Source: Trichoplax adhaerens (lineage: Eukaryota; Animalia; Placozoa). From it: 64,000 bases of DNA. Below are positions 1-12,700 of this stretch, piece after piece (within the stretch, counting starts at the first letter, position 1; every line of letters starts with the position of its first letter). Position numbers and translations under genes: made by a program. The stretch spans positions 850,287 through 914,286 of the forward strand of contig NW_002060955.1 in assembly GCF_000150275.1 (NCBI RefSeq). Reading direction: 5' to 3'. The notes under the pieces were generated by a model. That model did no database searches and was not told the DNA's origin. It worked only from the letters and a program-made list of their open reading frames with translations.

Positions 1-355
1 TAATTTTAGCTACTGCTCCCTTAATGCAGACAACAGTATTTACGAACATAGACATGTAATGACTAATACAGAATAGTCAGATTACGATATGTCCTATCAC
101 GGAACATTTCCATGATAATTTACAGTCTACTATAAGTAAATTACAATCACAATGATTGGAACTGTAAGCAGATGATTTGCATTCCCTATTAGAACTATTA
201 ATTTCAGTATGTGTATAAGTGTCACTGTCATAAAAAGTCAGTGCTATATTAAAATACAGTATATCCAAATTAGAAGTTAACTAAATAAGGATAGTCTAAC
301 AGAATTATCCTAACATAGTTATTTCTACTGTAATACAGTATTTAACACTGTAACA
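1..355 (-). mobile_element. LTR family B, partial copy running off the window start (U3 end at 355)
   Basis: Reverse complement of 653-1007 with only a handful of substitutions; ends ...AACACTGTAACA (TGTTACAG on the - strand); same family as the TSD-flanked solo LTR at 15018-15644. Confidence 0.85.
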
Positions 356-652
356 CTATACTATTGCAGTATTCTGTTATTTAAAACAATTCCTTATAAT
401 ATTTTATGATGCAGAGATACAAGTTGTGATAGTTGATGGAAAGTGAAAAGAAATTGTTAATATTTTATAATAGCGTACTTAAAATGAAATATTTTTAATG
501 ATAAAACTAGTAGATTGATGATAGATAAATGACCAAACGAGAATACTTTACAATTTTCAACACTGTCTTTATGGCAAAACAAGTAACGGAATCGTTCTGT
601 TAAAATTATACTATTCTAAAAGAGCCCATTATCGGATATTAAAGAGTGTTAT

Positions 653-1213
653 TGTTACAGTGTTAAATACTGTATTACAGTAGAAATAACTATGTTAGGA
701 TAATTCTGTTAGACTATCCTTATTTAGTTAACTTCTAATTTGGATATACTGTGTTTTGATATAGCACTGACTTTTTATGACAGTGACACTTATACACATA
801 CTGAAATTAATAGTTCTAATAGGGAATGCAAATCATCTGCTTACAGTTCGAATCATTGTGATTGTAATTCACTTATGGTAGACTGTAAATTATCATGGAA
901 ATGTTCCGTGATAGGACATATCGTAATCTGACTATTCTGTATTAGTCATTACATGTCTATGTTCGTAAATACTGTTGTCTGCATTAAGGGAGCAGTAGCT
1001 AAAATTAATATCTAATTCAGTAAATGATTCTAATGTTAATTGTATTAACTATGACTCATGAACTATTGAGGAATAGTATATAAATGCAGTATATCGTGAA
1101 ATAAAGAAGAATTGTCCAACTTAGTGTTTAACGTAAAATACGAGGCGTTTAAGTCTTTGTGTAGTCTGCTAGTAGAGCAAAAGTGTTTGTGATAGTGCAG
1201 ATATCGTTCCTTG
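653..1213 (+). mobile_element. LTR family B copy, 3' end lost in the gap
   Basis: Starts TGTTACAG; TATATAAA near 1077 followed by AATAAA near 1100; colinear with 15018-15574 up to the N run. Confidence 0.85.
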
Positions 1214-2084
1214 NNNNNNNNNNNNNNNNNNNNNNNNNNNNNNNNNNNNNNNNNNNNNNNNNNNNNNNNNNNNNNNNNNNNNNNNNNNNNNNNNNNNNNN
1301 NNNNNNNNNNNNNNNNNNNNNNNNNNNNNNNNNNNNNNNNNNNNNNNNNNNNNNNNNNNNNNNNNNNNNNNNNNNNNNNNNNNNNNNNNNNNNNNNNNNN
1401 NNNNNNNNCCTTAGTATTTTTTCATATTACTGAAGAAAAATCTGATATCAAATATATCTTGGATCAAAAATATGCTTTGTTAGTGATAGACTAATTAAAG
1501 TGGGAATTGAAAAATCGCATAACTTTGTTTCAGGATGTACCGATTTTAGCATTAGCAACTAATAACTAAAAATTGCATTTTATTAACAAATACACTATGG
1601 CTCAACAAAAATTAACCATCCATCTATTCTGCATTTAATATATCTATTAACAGCAGCAGTCAATTACTAGTGATGAACAGGAAGAATAAAATGTAATTTA
1701 CATTCTTTGTAATATTCTGATATAGGCCCTTATTACGGATAATAAATAGATACTTAATTAGACACAAATCATTCACATTAGAATATCCGTAAAATGAACT
1801 AGAAGTAGGCAACATCGAACTGCCTAAATATTATCGAAAACTACCATAGAATTAGGCAGTTCACTTCATTGTTAGCGTATTCACAAATTCCAGACTATAA
1901 GAATGAAATCTTGGCGTATATATTATCAACGGAGGATGTTATTGAATCCTTTAGCCCAGAAACGCAATTAGTTGCCTTGCTATCTGAACAATTAAGCATT
2001 ATTTTGATGGATCTTTATAAATAAATGTAATATTTCAAATGGAATTCTCTCACCATTTAAATCTTTTCAATTCTCAGTCAAGTA

Positions 2085-2881
2085 ATAACTTAAATTTCTA
2101 CGAATATTGCAATTGCAGTCTATTTCCTGACTAAGAATTATTATTCTGTAGTCTCAGGATATATCAATACAGGATTGAAAAATCACTGTTGTGTAAATAA
2201 AGACACTCATTCAATAGTCATATATTTCTAGCATGAAATCGTTAATCGATTTTTCAACAAGCACTATCGATAGTTAGGCTTCTGTTGAAAGTCGGCTTAA
2301 GTAACCTACTCCACCATAATTGTAATTATGATAACCATCCATCAAATACTTGGCGCAATAGTATTTAGAAACATTGCAATTGCAGCTTATTTCCTGGCTA
2401 ATATACCCAATTCTATAGTCTTAAGATATCGCAATACAAGATTGAAATATCATTGCGATACAAAAAAGGACACTTACACAATAGTCAGATATTATAACAT
2501 GAAATCGGCTATCGATGTTTGTAAGCAAACATTATCGATAGTTTGGTTTCTGTTAAAAATTGGTTTTAATCGTAATAATGATGATTACCCATCTTAGATT
2601 TCGCGCAATAACATTTGTACATATTGCAATTGCAGCTAATTCCTGGATTTTACATTCATGGCCGCAATTTAGTCTCAGGATATAGAAATACAAAATTGAA
2701 AATTCGCTGCGGCACAAATAATGAAACTTACTCAATAGTCAGATATTATAAAATGAAATCGGCAATCGATGTTTTTAAACAAGCATTATCGACAGTTTGG
2801 CTTCTGTTCAAAGTCAGTTGTGAGTAGTCTACTAGGCTGTAATTGTAATAGTGATGATTGTCCAGTAAATATTTCGCGCAA
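2085..2881. repeat. Three diverged tandem copies of a ~250-275 bp unit overlapping the 3' end of the fucosyltransferase CDS
   Basis: Recurrent blocks ATTGCAATTGCAG (about 2106, 2373, 2623), AATAGTCA..ATGAAATCG..ATCGAT (about 2213, 2480, 2736) and GCGCAA unit ends (about 2358, 2608, 2881). Confidence 0.85.
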
Positions 2882-5221
2882 CTTTGATGGAAATTGCCAA
2901 ATTTTTTCAAGCGCATGGAATATCCATAATACATCTTATTTGATTTGGATACTACTTTACAGGAATCAATAAAGTCTCCGGAATGCAGATCAAGATCAGT
3001 TTGCTTCTGACTAGGACAGCTTTTGGTAGCTTGCATGATGGACGGACTTTGATTCGCTGAAGTTTGACCAAAGGTATGATAGCCAACATCGAGCGATGTA
3101 TAATGTTGATTTCGTGTTGTATCGTAAAGAACTTCATGTAATTCGTAAGCTAATCCACCAACATTTGATGACATTGTGACAACAAGATAATCGCATTCTG
3201 CTAAGAGAAAAACATCTCGTAGAAAATACTTTAAATGTTTTGCAGAATATCTAGAGCTATAGGTACCAGCAGTGAGTTGTTCTATAGGAGGATGTAGAAA
3301 CGTGTAATTTCGATAGGTTTCTTTTATAGGTTTTATTAACGTAGGATCATCAGTAGTAATAAAAACCCTTTTGGTTTGAATATCCAATCCAGTTTTTGTT
3401 AAGTTATTAAAAAATTGATCTACTTTCGTCATATATTCATCGATAGGAAACATTTTAGCTTCAAATTTTTTATCGGTACGTCTAATATGGACCCCTACAA
3501 TAGGCGATTGAAAGCCCAGATCTGCCTTTGATTTGCTAATAAATTGCCTAACTTGCTTAGCGGGTCGAATAATATATTGCGCTAATATTCCTATCCACCA
3601 AGCCATTGGATTATGCTTAAATTGAACTACCTTGTAAAAGATATCAGTCGGCATGGCATAGTGTGAAATCCTCGGTAAAGCTCCTACTTTCTCCAACAAA
3701 TTCCCTGGAGATTGGATTTTAATAATTCTTGGAGCTGCAATACTTTCATTTCCATCAAATGCTTTTGACCATAATACGGCCAATTTTTTATCCTTAACAC
3801 TTAATTGGCATCTTGAAATTGGCTTAAAGAGATCTTTATATCTCCTAACTCCGTGTCTACTGATAAAATTGCGTAAATAGGACCAATGGTGTAAGTCAAT
3901 TAGCATTGTGCGATTAATGGAATAGGCATAAATTAAGCAATAAACCCAATGGTGGAGAGTCGATCCCATACCCGCTTTTCTACCATCACATAGGACCATT
4001 TTTGCATTGAAACAGTCTTTTGGATTCTGTAAATAATTCAAACGATGTCGAATAACTTTGACGATCTGTAAACATTTTTTAGTCTACAATTAGCCAAAGT
4101 AAAATAAATTAGTAATCACCTTTACCCTCACGTAACAATATTGAAGGGTAAGTGGTACAAAAGAATAATTATAATTTGTAACTTAAATCAATAATCTTAT
4201 AATCTTACATGGTGGTCTATGGAAGCTAGTGTTGGCATTCTATAGCGATTAGCGGAGTCTGTTGAGGTATAGAAAATAGCCATTTTATCTAGATTAGATA
4301 TTGCTAGGATGTATTATTACGAGTCTAGATTTACACAATAATTGTAATACAAGAATTTTGGGCCTATATTAACTAGGACAGTTATAATAGAATTTAACGT
4401 TCTAATGAAACGATATTAATTGCTAGTAGCAAGCTGAAAAACTAACAAACTGCTAATTCTATAATGTTATTTCAATAAATAAATTACATTGAACACGGTA
4501 GGCAACAATTACTTTAAGTACCCTATAAGTAGTATTGAAAGAAGCATTTCTTTTGTATCTTCTACTCAGATTTCTCACATGTTCTAGTGGAAAAGTTTTA
4601 AACATCTATAGGTTTTTGTTAAGTTATATTCTCTACTTTATACTATTTGAACGCTAAGCTATTGTTGAAAACTCTTTCAATAAATTGAATAAACGTCGTT
4701 TGGACTTAACGAGTACGAGAATGAAAGCAAATTTAAACTTTAAATTTTTAGGCGCGAAGTACGCAGTTAGATAACCTATTTTAATGACCTAACGAAATTA
4801 TTGTACTGATTATGTATTTCTTAATATCTTTAAGTCGTGCTCAGAGTAGTAGGTAAAGGTAAGGCAATGACAAACTTATAGCTTTTCTTTACCGTCATCA
4901 ACCATGATTTAACTACAATACTACAGCTACTAAGGAAGTAATTTCCGTTTGCAGCTTTAGCTAGTAATTGGTAAGGAGAGTGATGAGATTCTACCTCAGT
5001 AATATATATATATACATAACAGATTATGAACAGTAATAAAACTTACCGATAGAATAACTTGTATTCCAAGGGAATAAAGGTATGTAAGTTAAATGAATTG
5101 ATGCTACATTAAGCTGATAAAATAGATATGAAATAGCACTAGCTGACACCAATAACACACAGAAAAGGGCCCACGTTCTGTTCCATCGTTGACTGTCCGC
5201 TAGTATCGCCATCTTTATCAT
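2746..5221 (-). CDS. FUT8: Alpha-(1,6)-fucosyltransferase-like (GT23) type II membrane protein, ~530 aa; exons 5221-5047, 4288-4209, 4083-2746
   Basis: Motifs YLQNPKDC, G+GS.LHH.VYCL..AY..NRT, IVGVHIRRTDK, RVFITTDD, DYLVVTMSSNV..LAYEL and a degenerate SH3-like tail match FUT8. Exon 1 encodes a hydrophobic anchor; GT-AG junctions join in frame. FUT8-like paralogue, orthology not established. Confidence 0.88.
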
Positions 5222-6583
5222 CAAATGTTAATAAATAGCTTGGCTAGCAGCAAATTTGAAATTACTGAGCCAACTAATGGTCATTTTTTTCAACTAAATT
5301 AATAGCTAAGTCAAGCAATTAACATTCAAAACGCATCTATGCTAGAAAGAAACTGCTTCTACTGAAAAAATACATTATTATATGGTTTTACAAGACCCTA
5401 ACCGATGATTATCGCACAGTGCCTAAAATCGTAGATTGAAAGTATAGCTTAGCTAAGACCCAGACTATAGTGTTTACGACTTGATACTAGTCAATGTGTG
5501 TAAGAGTTTGTTAAGATACCGTAAATAATTACGACCTATTTAATTAACTGTAAGTATATAAGAATATTAACTAAGATCTAGACTATAGCATTTGCGACTT
5601 ACTAGCGAAAGGGTGCAAGTAATTATTCATATGAATAATTATTAACAATTTCATCAATTATAAATATATTCATAAATTGTATTATGTTATTCAAGAGTTC
5701 ATATATTTAATCCTACCATGTGTACGGGCTTTGTTTTGATACTGTATCCTGTAACATTATTGAGCACTTGGGTAACAGCATAACACTTTATACAGAATCT
5801 TCCTGTCAAACCAAGAATGATCTAATGGTAAACTTTAACTCGTATTAAGACGGAAAGAGGCTATATTGCTAATATATTCGAAATCGAACACCTCCAGATT
5901 TGATAGCATACGATATCTTATACTGGAAATATTCAGTTAAATATTCTGATGGAATGATTCAAGCTCTCAGTATTATATATTTTAGACCGTGAAATAGGCC
6001 GATACATTCAATATTATACTCCTTAAAACCAGTCATTAAATGTTCTTACACTATAAATCTTTAGAATATGGTAATTTAAGATTTATTAACAAGTATGCAA
6101 CCTGTATATTATGCTTGTTGAAAAGCATTTATGTTCATTCGTTATAATGGATTTAAAGATAATGCAAGATAGTAATCCTAATAATAGATGAATTAGTCGG
6201 AATTTAAGAGAGCTCGTTAAGTATTTGATTGTAAAAACTAATGATGGTTGATATCGTACACCTTGAAACCGGTAGTAATCCATGGTGGAAAATTATCAAT
6301 AGAATAATTTAAGAGTCCATGTCGCGATAACAAATCATAGTATATAAATTGTTACAGTAGTTGATTAATTGATATCAGTTTATGCTATGCATAGATTATT
6401 AAAAACCTGCTGCTTTATTTCAGTTGCTGTAGCTGCTTATAGAATAGGAATACATGTTATGCTACAATGATATGATTAGCATATCCCAGAGGTGTTATTG
6501 AGTTATCGTGCTTACTTCGAAAACGCTAACTAAAGGTTATAATTCTTAGCGATAGCTTCTCAGGATTAATTCCTCTTAGGTTC

Positions 6584-7703
6584 TGTCACGATTTCACTTC
6601 TGCGACAAGATAACGTACAGTAAAAGTCTATAAGTAGCTACTAACTTAAAACGCCCTTTTACTGAACGTTAAACACACACACAGAAAAGGCTGTAAAGAT
6701 GAAACTTTTATTAGCAAAGATACTGTAGAGACTTGATACTACATCATTTATGTTTATCACAAGTATTTTGTTAGTGCGTTGTGAACATTTATTTTAGTCG
6801 TTTTAAGTAGGTTATTAATGGAGGCGGTACGTGTAAATGATAAAATTAGTATATTGAGTATTATAATTATTATTGTTGCTTTCAAAAGACTACGGTTAAC
6901 ACATTAGCTGTAAATAAGGATTCATTAGAATTCCTTGAATTGATTGGTTTTGTAATCTAACACTGTTAACTAACTCGTTTATCTATTTGACTTATACTAA
7001 TTTCTGTTTTGAAGCCTCATAGTAAGCCTTTGAGGAAAGTAACGAATATTTGCTTTCATTGATAGTGTGCACGAAGGTTGTAGTGCCACAACTATAAAAG
7101 AAAGTGGCAGATTACTGCAATTTTAATCTTATTTTGTTTGATTTCATTAATCAACAACCTTAATAAACTATAGTATTTTTTTTATCCCTTTGGAGTGATC
7201 TCGCTGTGAGACCGTCAAGCACCCTGATCTCAATCAACTGACTGTTGAAGAAGGCAATTGTTTATAGTAGAATTGGGCAAATTCTATAGATATATCTACA
7301 ACTTTTTACCACTACATTCAACTCAAATGTTCCCGTTTATATAGGAATCGTCTAATTTGTAAACAACAACAGTATTATGATACCTTACTAGGAGAAACTT
7401 CTCGAACTGAGATGTTCCACACATAGCTTTTCTATTAGTATGTATTTTGAATCTCTTACTCATACTTAATCTTAATCTAAGCTTGTCGGTTGTCTGATTC
7501 AACTATCATCAACTAGAACTTGAATCATCTTACTACGATCTATTACATATTAACAATCGATATCAAATACATAATGAACTATTACAAACAACATCCACGT
7601 TAAGGTATTACTTATCTTACCTAGCACTACAAATATGGATATTCTCCATACTAGCTACTACTGTACTTATTAATTATCCTAATGACAAGGCAACACTGTA
7701 ACA
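6584..7703 (-). mobile_element. Solo LTR family C, interrupted by a ~560 bp insert and hit at its terminus by another LTR
   Basis: 6584-6690 and 7255-7703 are reverse-complement homologues of 27097-27645; TGTCAC...GTAACA ends; left flank GGTTC (6579-6583) is recovered on the right when the 7705-8319 insert is removed. Confidence 0.8.
6692..7250 (+). mobile_element. Insertion inside the family C LTR, possibly another solo LTR
   Basis: Absent from the 27097 copy; flanked by AAGGC (6687-6691 and 7251-7255); starts TGT and has TATAAAA near 7093 then AATAAA near 7162, but the right end is not ACA. Confidence 0.5.
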
Positions 7704-7704
7704 G

Positions 7705-8319
7705 TGTTACGGAGCCATGCTCCGAAATATTAATTGCTATGTTAATTAAAATATCTCATTTAAATTATTCTTTGCTCCAATAGCTTATTAGATATTAATG
7801 TTTATTAATAAGTACTTGTTATTGTCAAGGTATGAGAAAGTTCAATATTGTTGACGTGTCGGAGCTAACACGTTTAATCGGTAAACGTTAATTAATAACA
7901 TCTTAAGTGTAAGGTCAATTACTTTGCAGAGCCTTGATGCTTTAGTTGCTATACTTGGATATGTATACTGTACAGTGTAAGCCGCTATGTTAAGAATATT
8001 CAGAAGTGCACCATCGGCGTTGGTCGAGACTATAAAAAGCCGAGCACTAGCTTAGCTGCTCAGTTCCAGTTAGTCGCTTGCAGGATCTTTTGAATATTAT
8101 TGCTAAGAATATTCTTACGTTTTTCTTTAGCACATTTTACGACTAAGTTTAACGAAAGTAAAGTGAAGTATTTAAACCTATTACTCATTAGTAGCTTATT
8201 TGTGTAGCTGAGAGTTAGTTCAGCTATGACAGGTCCAGTCCCTAAGTTAGTTAGGAACACGAGTACTAGTGAAGAAAGTGTTTAAGACCCGGTTCTTGTT
8301 ACAAAGGAGATTTGTAACA
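7705..8319 (+). mobile_element. Solo LTR family D (615 bp)
   Basis: TGTTAC...GTAACA termini, flanks AACAG/AACAA (4 of 5 match), TATAAAA near 8031, terminal hairpin TGTTACAAA-GGAGA-TTTGTAACA. Confidence 0.75.
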
Positions 8320-9735
8320 AACAAGTTCTTAGATTAGTAGGTACAGTTATCTTGATGAAAGTTAGTTACTGCTTACGATTAACTACGAATCCTGCTAAGT
8401 TTGCAATGACAGGATTGAGAAAGTTAAACCATTAAACGCTGCATACTGTTGTACTACCCCAGATATGCCAAATGCTACCGTTGATATAAGATTATCACGC
8501 ACACCTTACACTATATTATTCATTCACTAATTCAGGAAAGTTTCAATATTAAGGATTAAGTATAAAATGAAAATTATTTGCACGATTAAGTAACTAAGAG
8601 GTGGCAACTTAAGCTATAATAAGTAACTAAAGTAAATTGTATGTATTGATCAGGAAAGTTGCCTTGAAAGTAAAAGCGTATCATCAATAACAATATCAGT
8701 ATAGAAGCAAGTATTAGAACAGCCTTTCTAATGTACAGTGAGGAGCAAGATAGATTTACAAAATCGATGAAGGAAAATATGACCATTTCACGTTATTTCT
8801 TAGTACAGTTATGATACAATAAGTAGACGGTATATCACGTAGCTTGCGTAGCATATTGATACGAACATGTTGGAAAGATCTGAACGTATCAAAGATACTT
8901 CCATCCATTAGGTATATATTTCGCCATGATGTAACTTTTAGATAATACAAGATTTTGATTAAACCGTAAGGGCTTACTATCACATTTTATTTACCAATTT
9001 ACCGATTATACATATCTCTATATAACTTGATATAGATGCACAATCTGTTGGTGAGGCTAAATTATTATTAATTGATGCTCATTGAGAAATACAATTATAG
9101 TATAGTATTGATTTTCATTGTCTAGTTCTAAATGCAGCAATTTATGCAGGTGGTAAGTAATAAACATTAGTGTTGTATATATAATTAGTAATAGATTAAA
9201 TACGATATCTTAACCATAAAGGCATAAATAAAAGGAAACACTATATATGTACGCATATGATGATTGTATGGTAGTGCTTGTAATATAGTAGGTGATAACA
9301 TTCTAAAAGGCGGACTGATAAGTTACTAATTGCAGTGCGAAGTATAAACTGTAATCGTATCGAGATGCAACCTCGTGTAGCTATAAATACCGATTAACTA
9401 ATAATAAAATGCGGTTATCAATCTTACTCACGGAGTGAACTTATTATTGAAGAACATAACAATTAGATTTTAAGATTATTGCTGTATGCAAATTTCTTTA
9501 ACGTAAAACGATAGGTTATTATTTCCATCATTGATTTAACATCTATAACAGTATTTTTTAGACTACACAGCAGTATTAAATTGGGGCGAACGTATTTCTA
9601 TATACTGATGAACATCTTTCCACTCACAATCGTAACGTTAGATAATCCTATGATATGGATCAGATTATGGCATAATCATGCATTATTTCAGATGTCTTCT
9701 GTCTATTACAGATTTTGGATGATTATTTCAGTGTA

Positions 9736-12700
9736 TCATCTTCTCGCTGCCTTTAATTCACAATTTTCTGCCATTAATTTTTGAAGCTGTTTCTTGAGAT
9801 CTTCTATCAATTTATCCTTCTAAAATTTAAATAATAATTTCAATAATCGTGTTTCATAGATAAATTATAATAAAAAAAATATCCGAACGAGTATGCAAAG
9901 AAAACTACTGTTACTGATCAACATTTTGTTAACAACTTGCTTCTTTGCATATGGCTATTGATTAAATATAGATTAATACCTGATCATCTGAGAAATTAGG
10001 GGTGTTTTCTTCTAATGGTAGAATGGTGATCTCCGATGTCTGAGAACGTAAATCAGCATTCCTAGCATGGATTAATTTGCTCTGCATAGTATTTGTGAAT
10101 AGTTTTTCATCAGGTGCAACTTTCAGACGCATCATCTAATTACGAAAAGATACAAATAATCGATTAAATAACTTTAATCGATATCACAAATAGTATTAAC
10201 GACAAAAATTGGCATGGCATGCGATTGTAGTAAGCAAAATCTTATAGCTAATTAGCAGAGTTTTTAAGGTTAAATAAATGCAGTGAGAGTAATTTGATAA
10301 AATCTCTAGAACAACTCATGCATGGTCTTGCAGCTGATTTATGCAGAATAAAATCATTAGTAGAATTTAAAATTACCTTAGGGATAAAGACGATGCATAA
10401 AACCGAAGTTACGCAAAGCAGCGACATGCCAGAAAAGAGCATATAGCTTAAATCAACATTAGTTGATGTGATGAAGCTAATAGCAACAGAAATCATGCTG
10501 AGGATAGTAACTTGGTAGATGCATACGGCAATATATTGTGAATCATTGAGAGCTTCAATAGCCACACGACGAGTTGCAAATGCCAAATAAGCTCCAAAAA
10601 GCATCAATAAGCCTTTATAGCTATAAATAACTGCAAGCCATAATATGGAATGAGTGCTTGTGCATGTGTACTGAATAATTTCTTTGCCACGATACGAAGT
10701 GCCTGCGATCTAAAATTTTTAAGAATTTTATTCATATAGAATTTATGGCCATAAGACATGCAGTTTTATGCTGATATAAGGTTATGATATAACATAAGCA
10801 AGTATTTAAAACTATACCTTACCGTTATAGGCTCATAAACGAAACTAGTCTGTTGTTTAAGCTTATATGGATCAACTAATAGCCAAATTAATAATATTGC
10901 AACATCAATCAACACCAACTGCATTACAGCACGAATTAGAGACCCATCTCTAATAATCTGAATGAAATAAACAAATAGTAGACGAAGAAGATGGTTAATT
11001 AGTTAATCATAATGTATGAATGCCATGATATATCATAAATATAAACCAAAACGCCATATACTGATAATTACAATTTAAAATATAGCTAATAGCCCTCTGT
11101 TTTATGTAACGAAAATAACCATTAAACATCATACACACTATCATAATGCTTCTTGCGATCCAAATGTTTATTAAATTTCGCAAACTAAAGTGCAAACTTT
11201 ACAGTAAGCAGTAACCTAATTTGCTGATAGTATAAATTTTAGTGCCTAAGTAGCTACAGCAATACGTACTATTTTCCTTCCAGTTTTATTATTAAAAATT
11301 CTATAAACTCGCCAAGTCTTAACAAATAATGATCCAAATGCAATGGTAAATCCAATGCAAAGAAACCATACTCTCATGGCATAAATGATCGGCAGGTTAA
11401 CTGATGCCATAAAATTAGTATCCACACCAAATAGGATGATTGCCACATAGCATATAATGCAACCAATTGTTAATAAATTATTTATGTTGGGACTTGACAT
11501 TTTAATAAACCTATCCATATTAAATAACATACATATCAAATTACTTTCATTTAGCTATATGGCTATGAAATTATTTGAAAATTTCTTTACGCTTCGTTAC
11601 TTATTATAATTAAAAGTATTGAAATCGTACCCAATAAGTATGCAAATAATCTCCTATTACAGCTTTAGATACTGTAGTATTCAACTCAATTCAAGTTCAA
11701 TTCTAATCTTGATTTAAACTCAAATTAACGAAAGTTATAATAATTTTATACCTATGCTTGCGTTTGACAATATTAAAACCAAGACATATTAGGGCCAAGC
11801 AAATTCCCAAGATACAGAGAGATGCTATTGTTGCAAAAGCTGAGCTTGAAATTTGAATGGCTATTATTGCATGAGGTATTATTACAGCTGGTGCGTGGCC
11901 ATCTGATTTTGATACAGCAATATGATTATAGTATAAATGCATGTGTTACATAAATGGTAATGGCAGGTGTTTGTCTGTCATGAAAATTATTCCTCATTAT
12001 AGCTCTTTTAATTACTATTACACATTTTAATAAACATATTAATGAAGTTTACAAATAATATCACATTAAAACTTAAGATTATGAAATTACAAGAATTATC
12101 AAAAAATTAACCTGGCCAAGAAAGCGCTGAATGGTTAAATGTAGCGGAAGAATTACTTGCTGTAAATTGACCAACTACAACAGATTGATTGTAATCCTGA
12201 CCAATATCTACAAAGTATTTTAATCGATAGATTTAATCGAATAGTTTTTTTCCTGCAAATACATTTAATCATAACTCTAAATTGTAAATTCCGTTAACAT
12301 AATTGATATTTTCTGCAGTCTTGTATTTTTCACACCTTGATATTGAATATAGTAAAAATCCGATATTCGATATTTATTTTGCATGTTGAATTTTCCCTAG
12401 ATTTTAAGGGTTAGATATTTCCAAACTTATCAATTAATTTACTATTGCTTTTATTGAATTGCAACCTTCTACATAATAGATGCAAGAATCCATTTTCGGT
12501 AAACTATGGTTTGCATGCTCTATTTCAATTCGATATGCATACTGTATACTTAAACATGAAGTAGTATCGATAATTAATTGCTCGAATTAAGTTATACCAA
12601 ACATACCGTCACTCCTTGAAATTTTAAATTCGATAATTGATTTTTTAATTCCTTCACTAAAGGAATAAATTGCTGTGTATCGTAGTAAGTTTGTGCAGTA

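Noticed and set aside
77-931. Two near-identical 63-aa ORFs on opposite strands
   Set aside because: They lie inside the inverted family B LTR copies, start at TTG and show no protein motif.
5454-5606. Short ~120-bp-spaced duplication upstream of the fucosyltransferase and (AT)n runs near 5002 and 41378
   Set aside because: Ordinary small repeats with no further structure.
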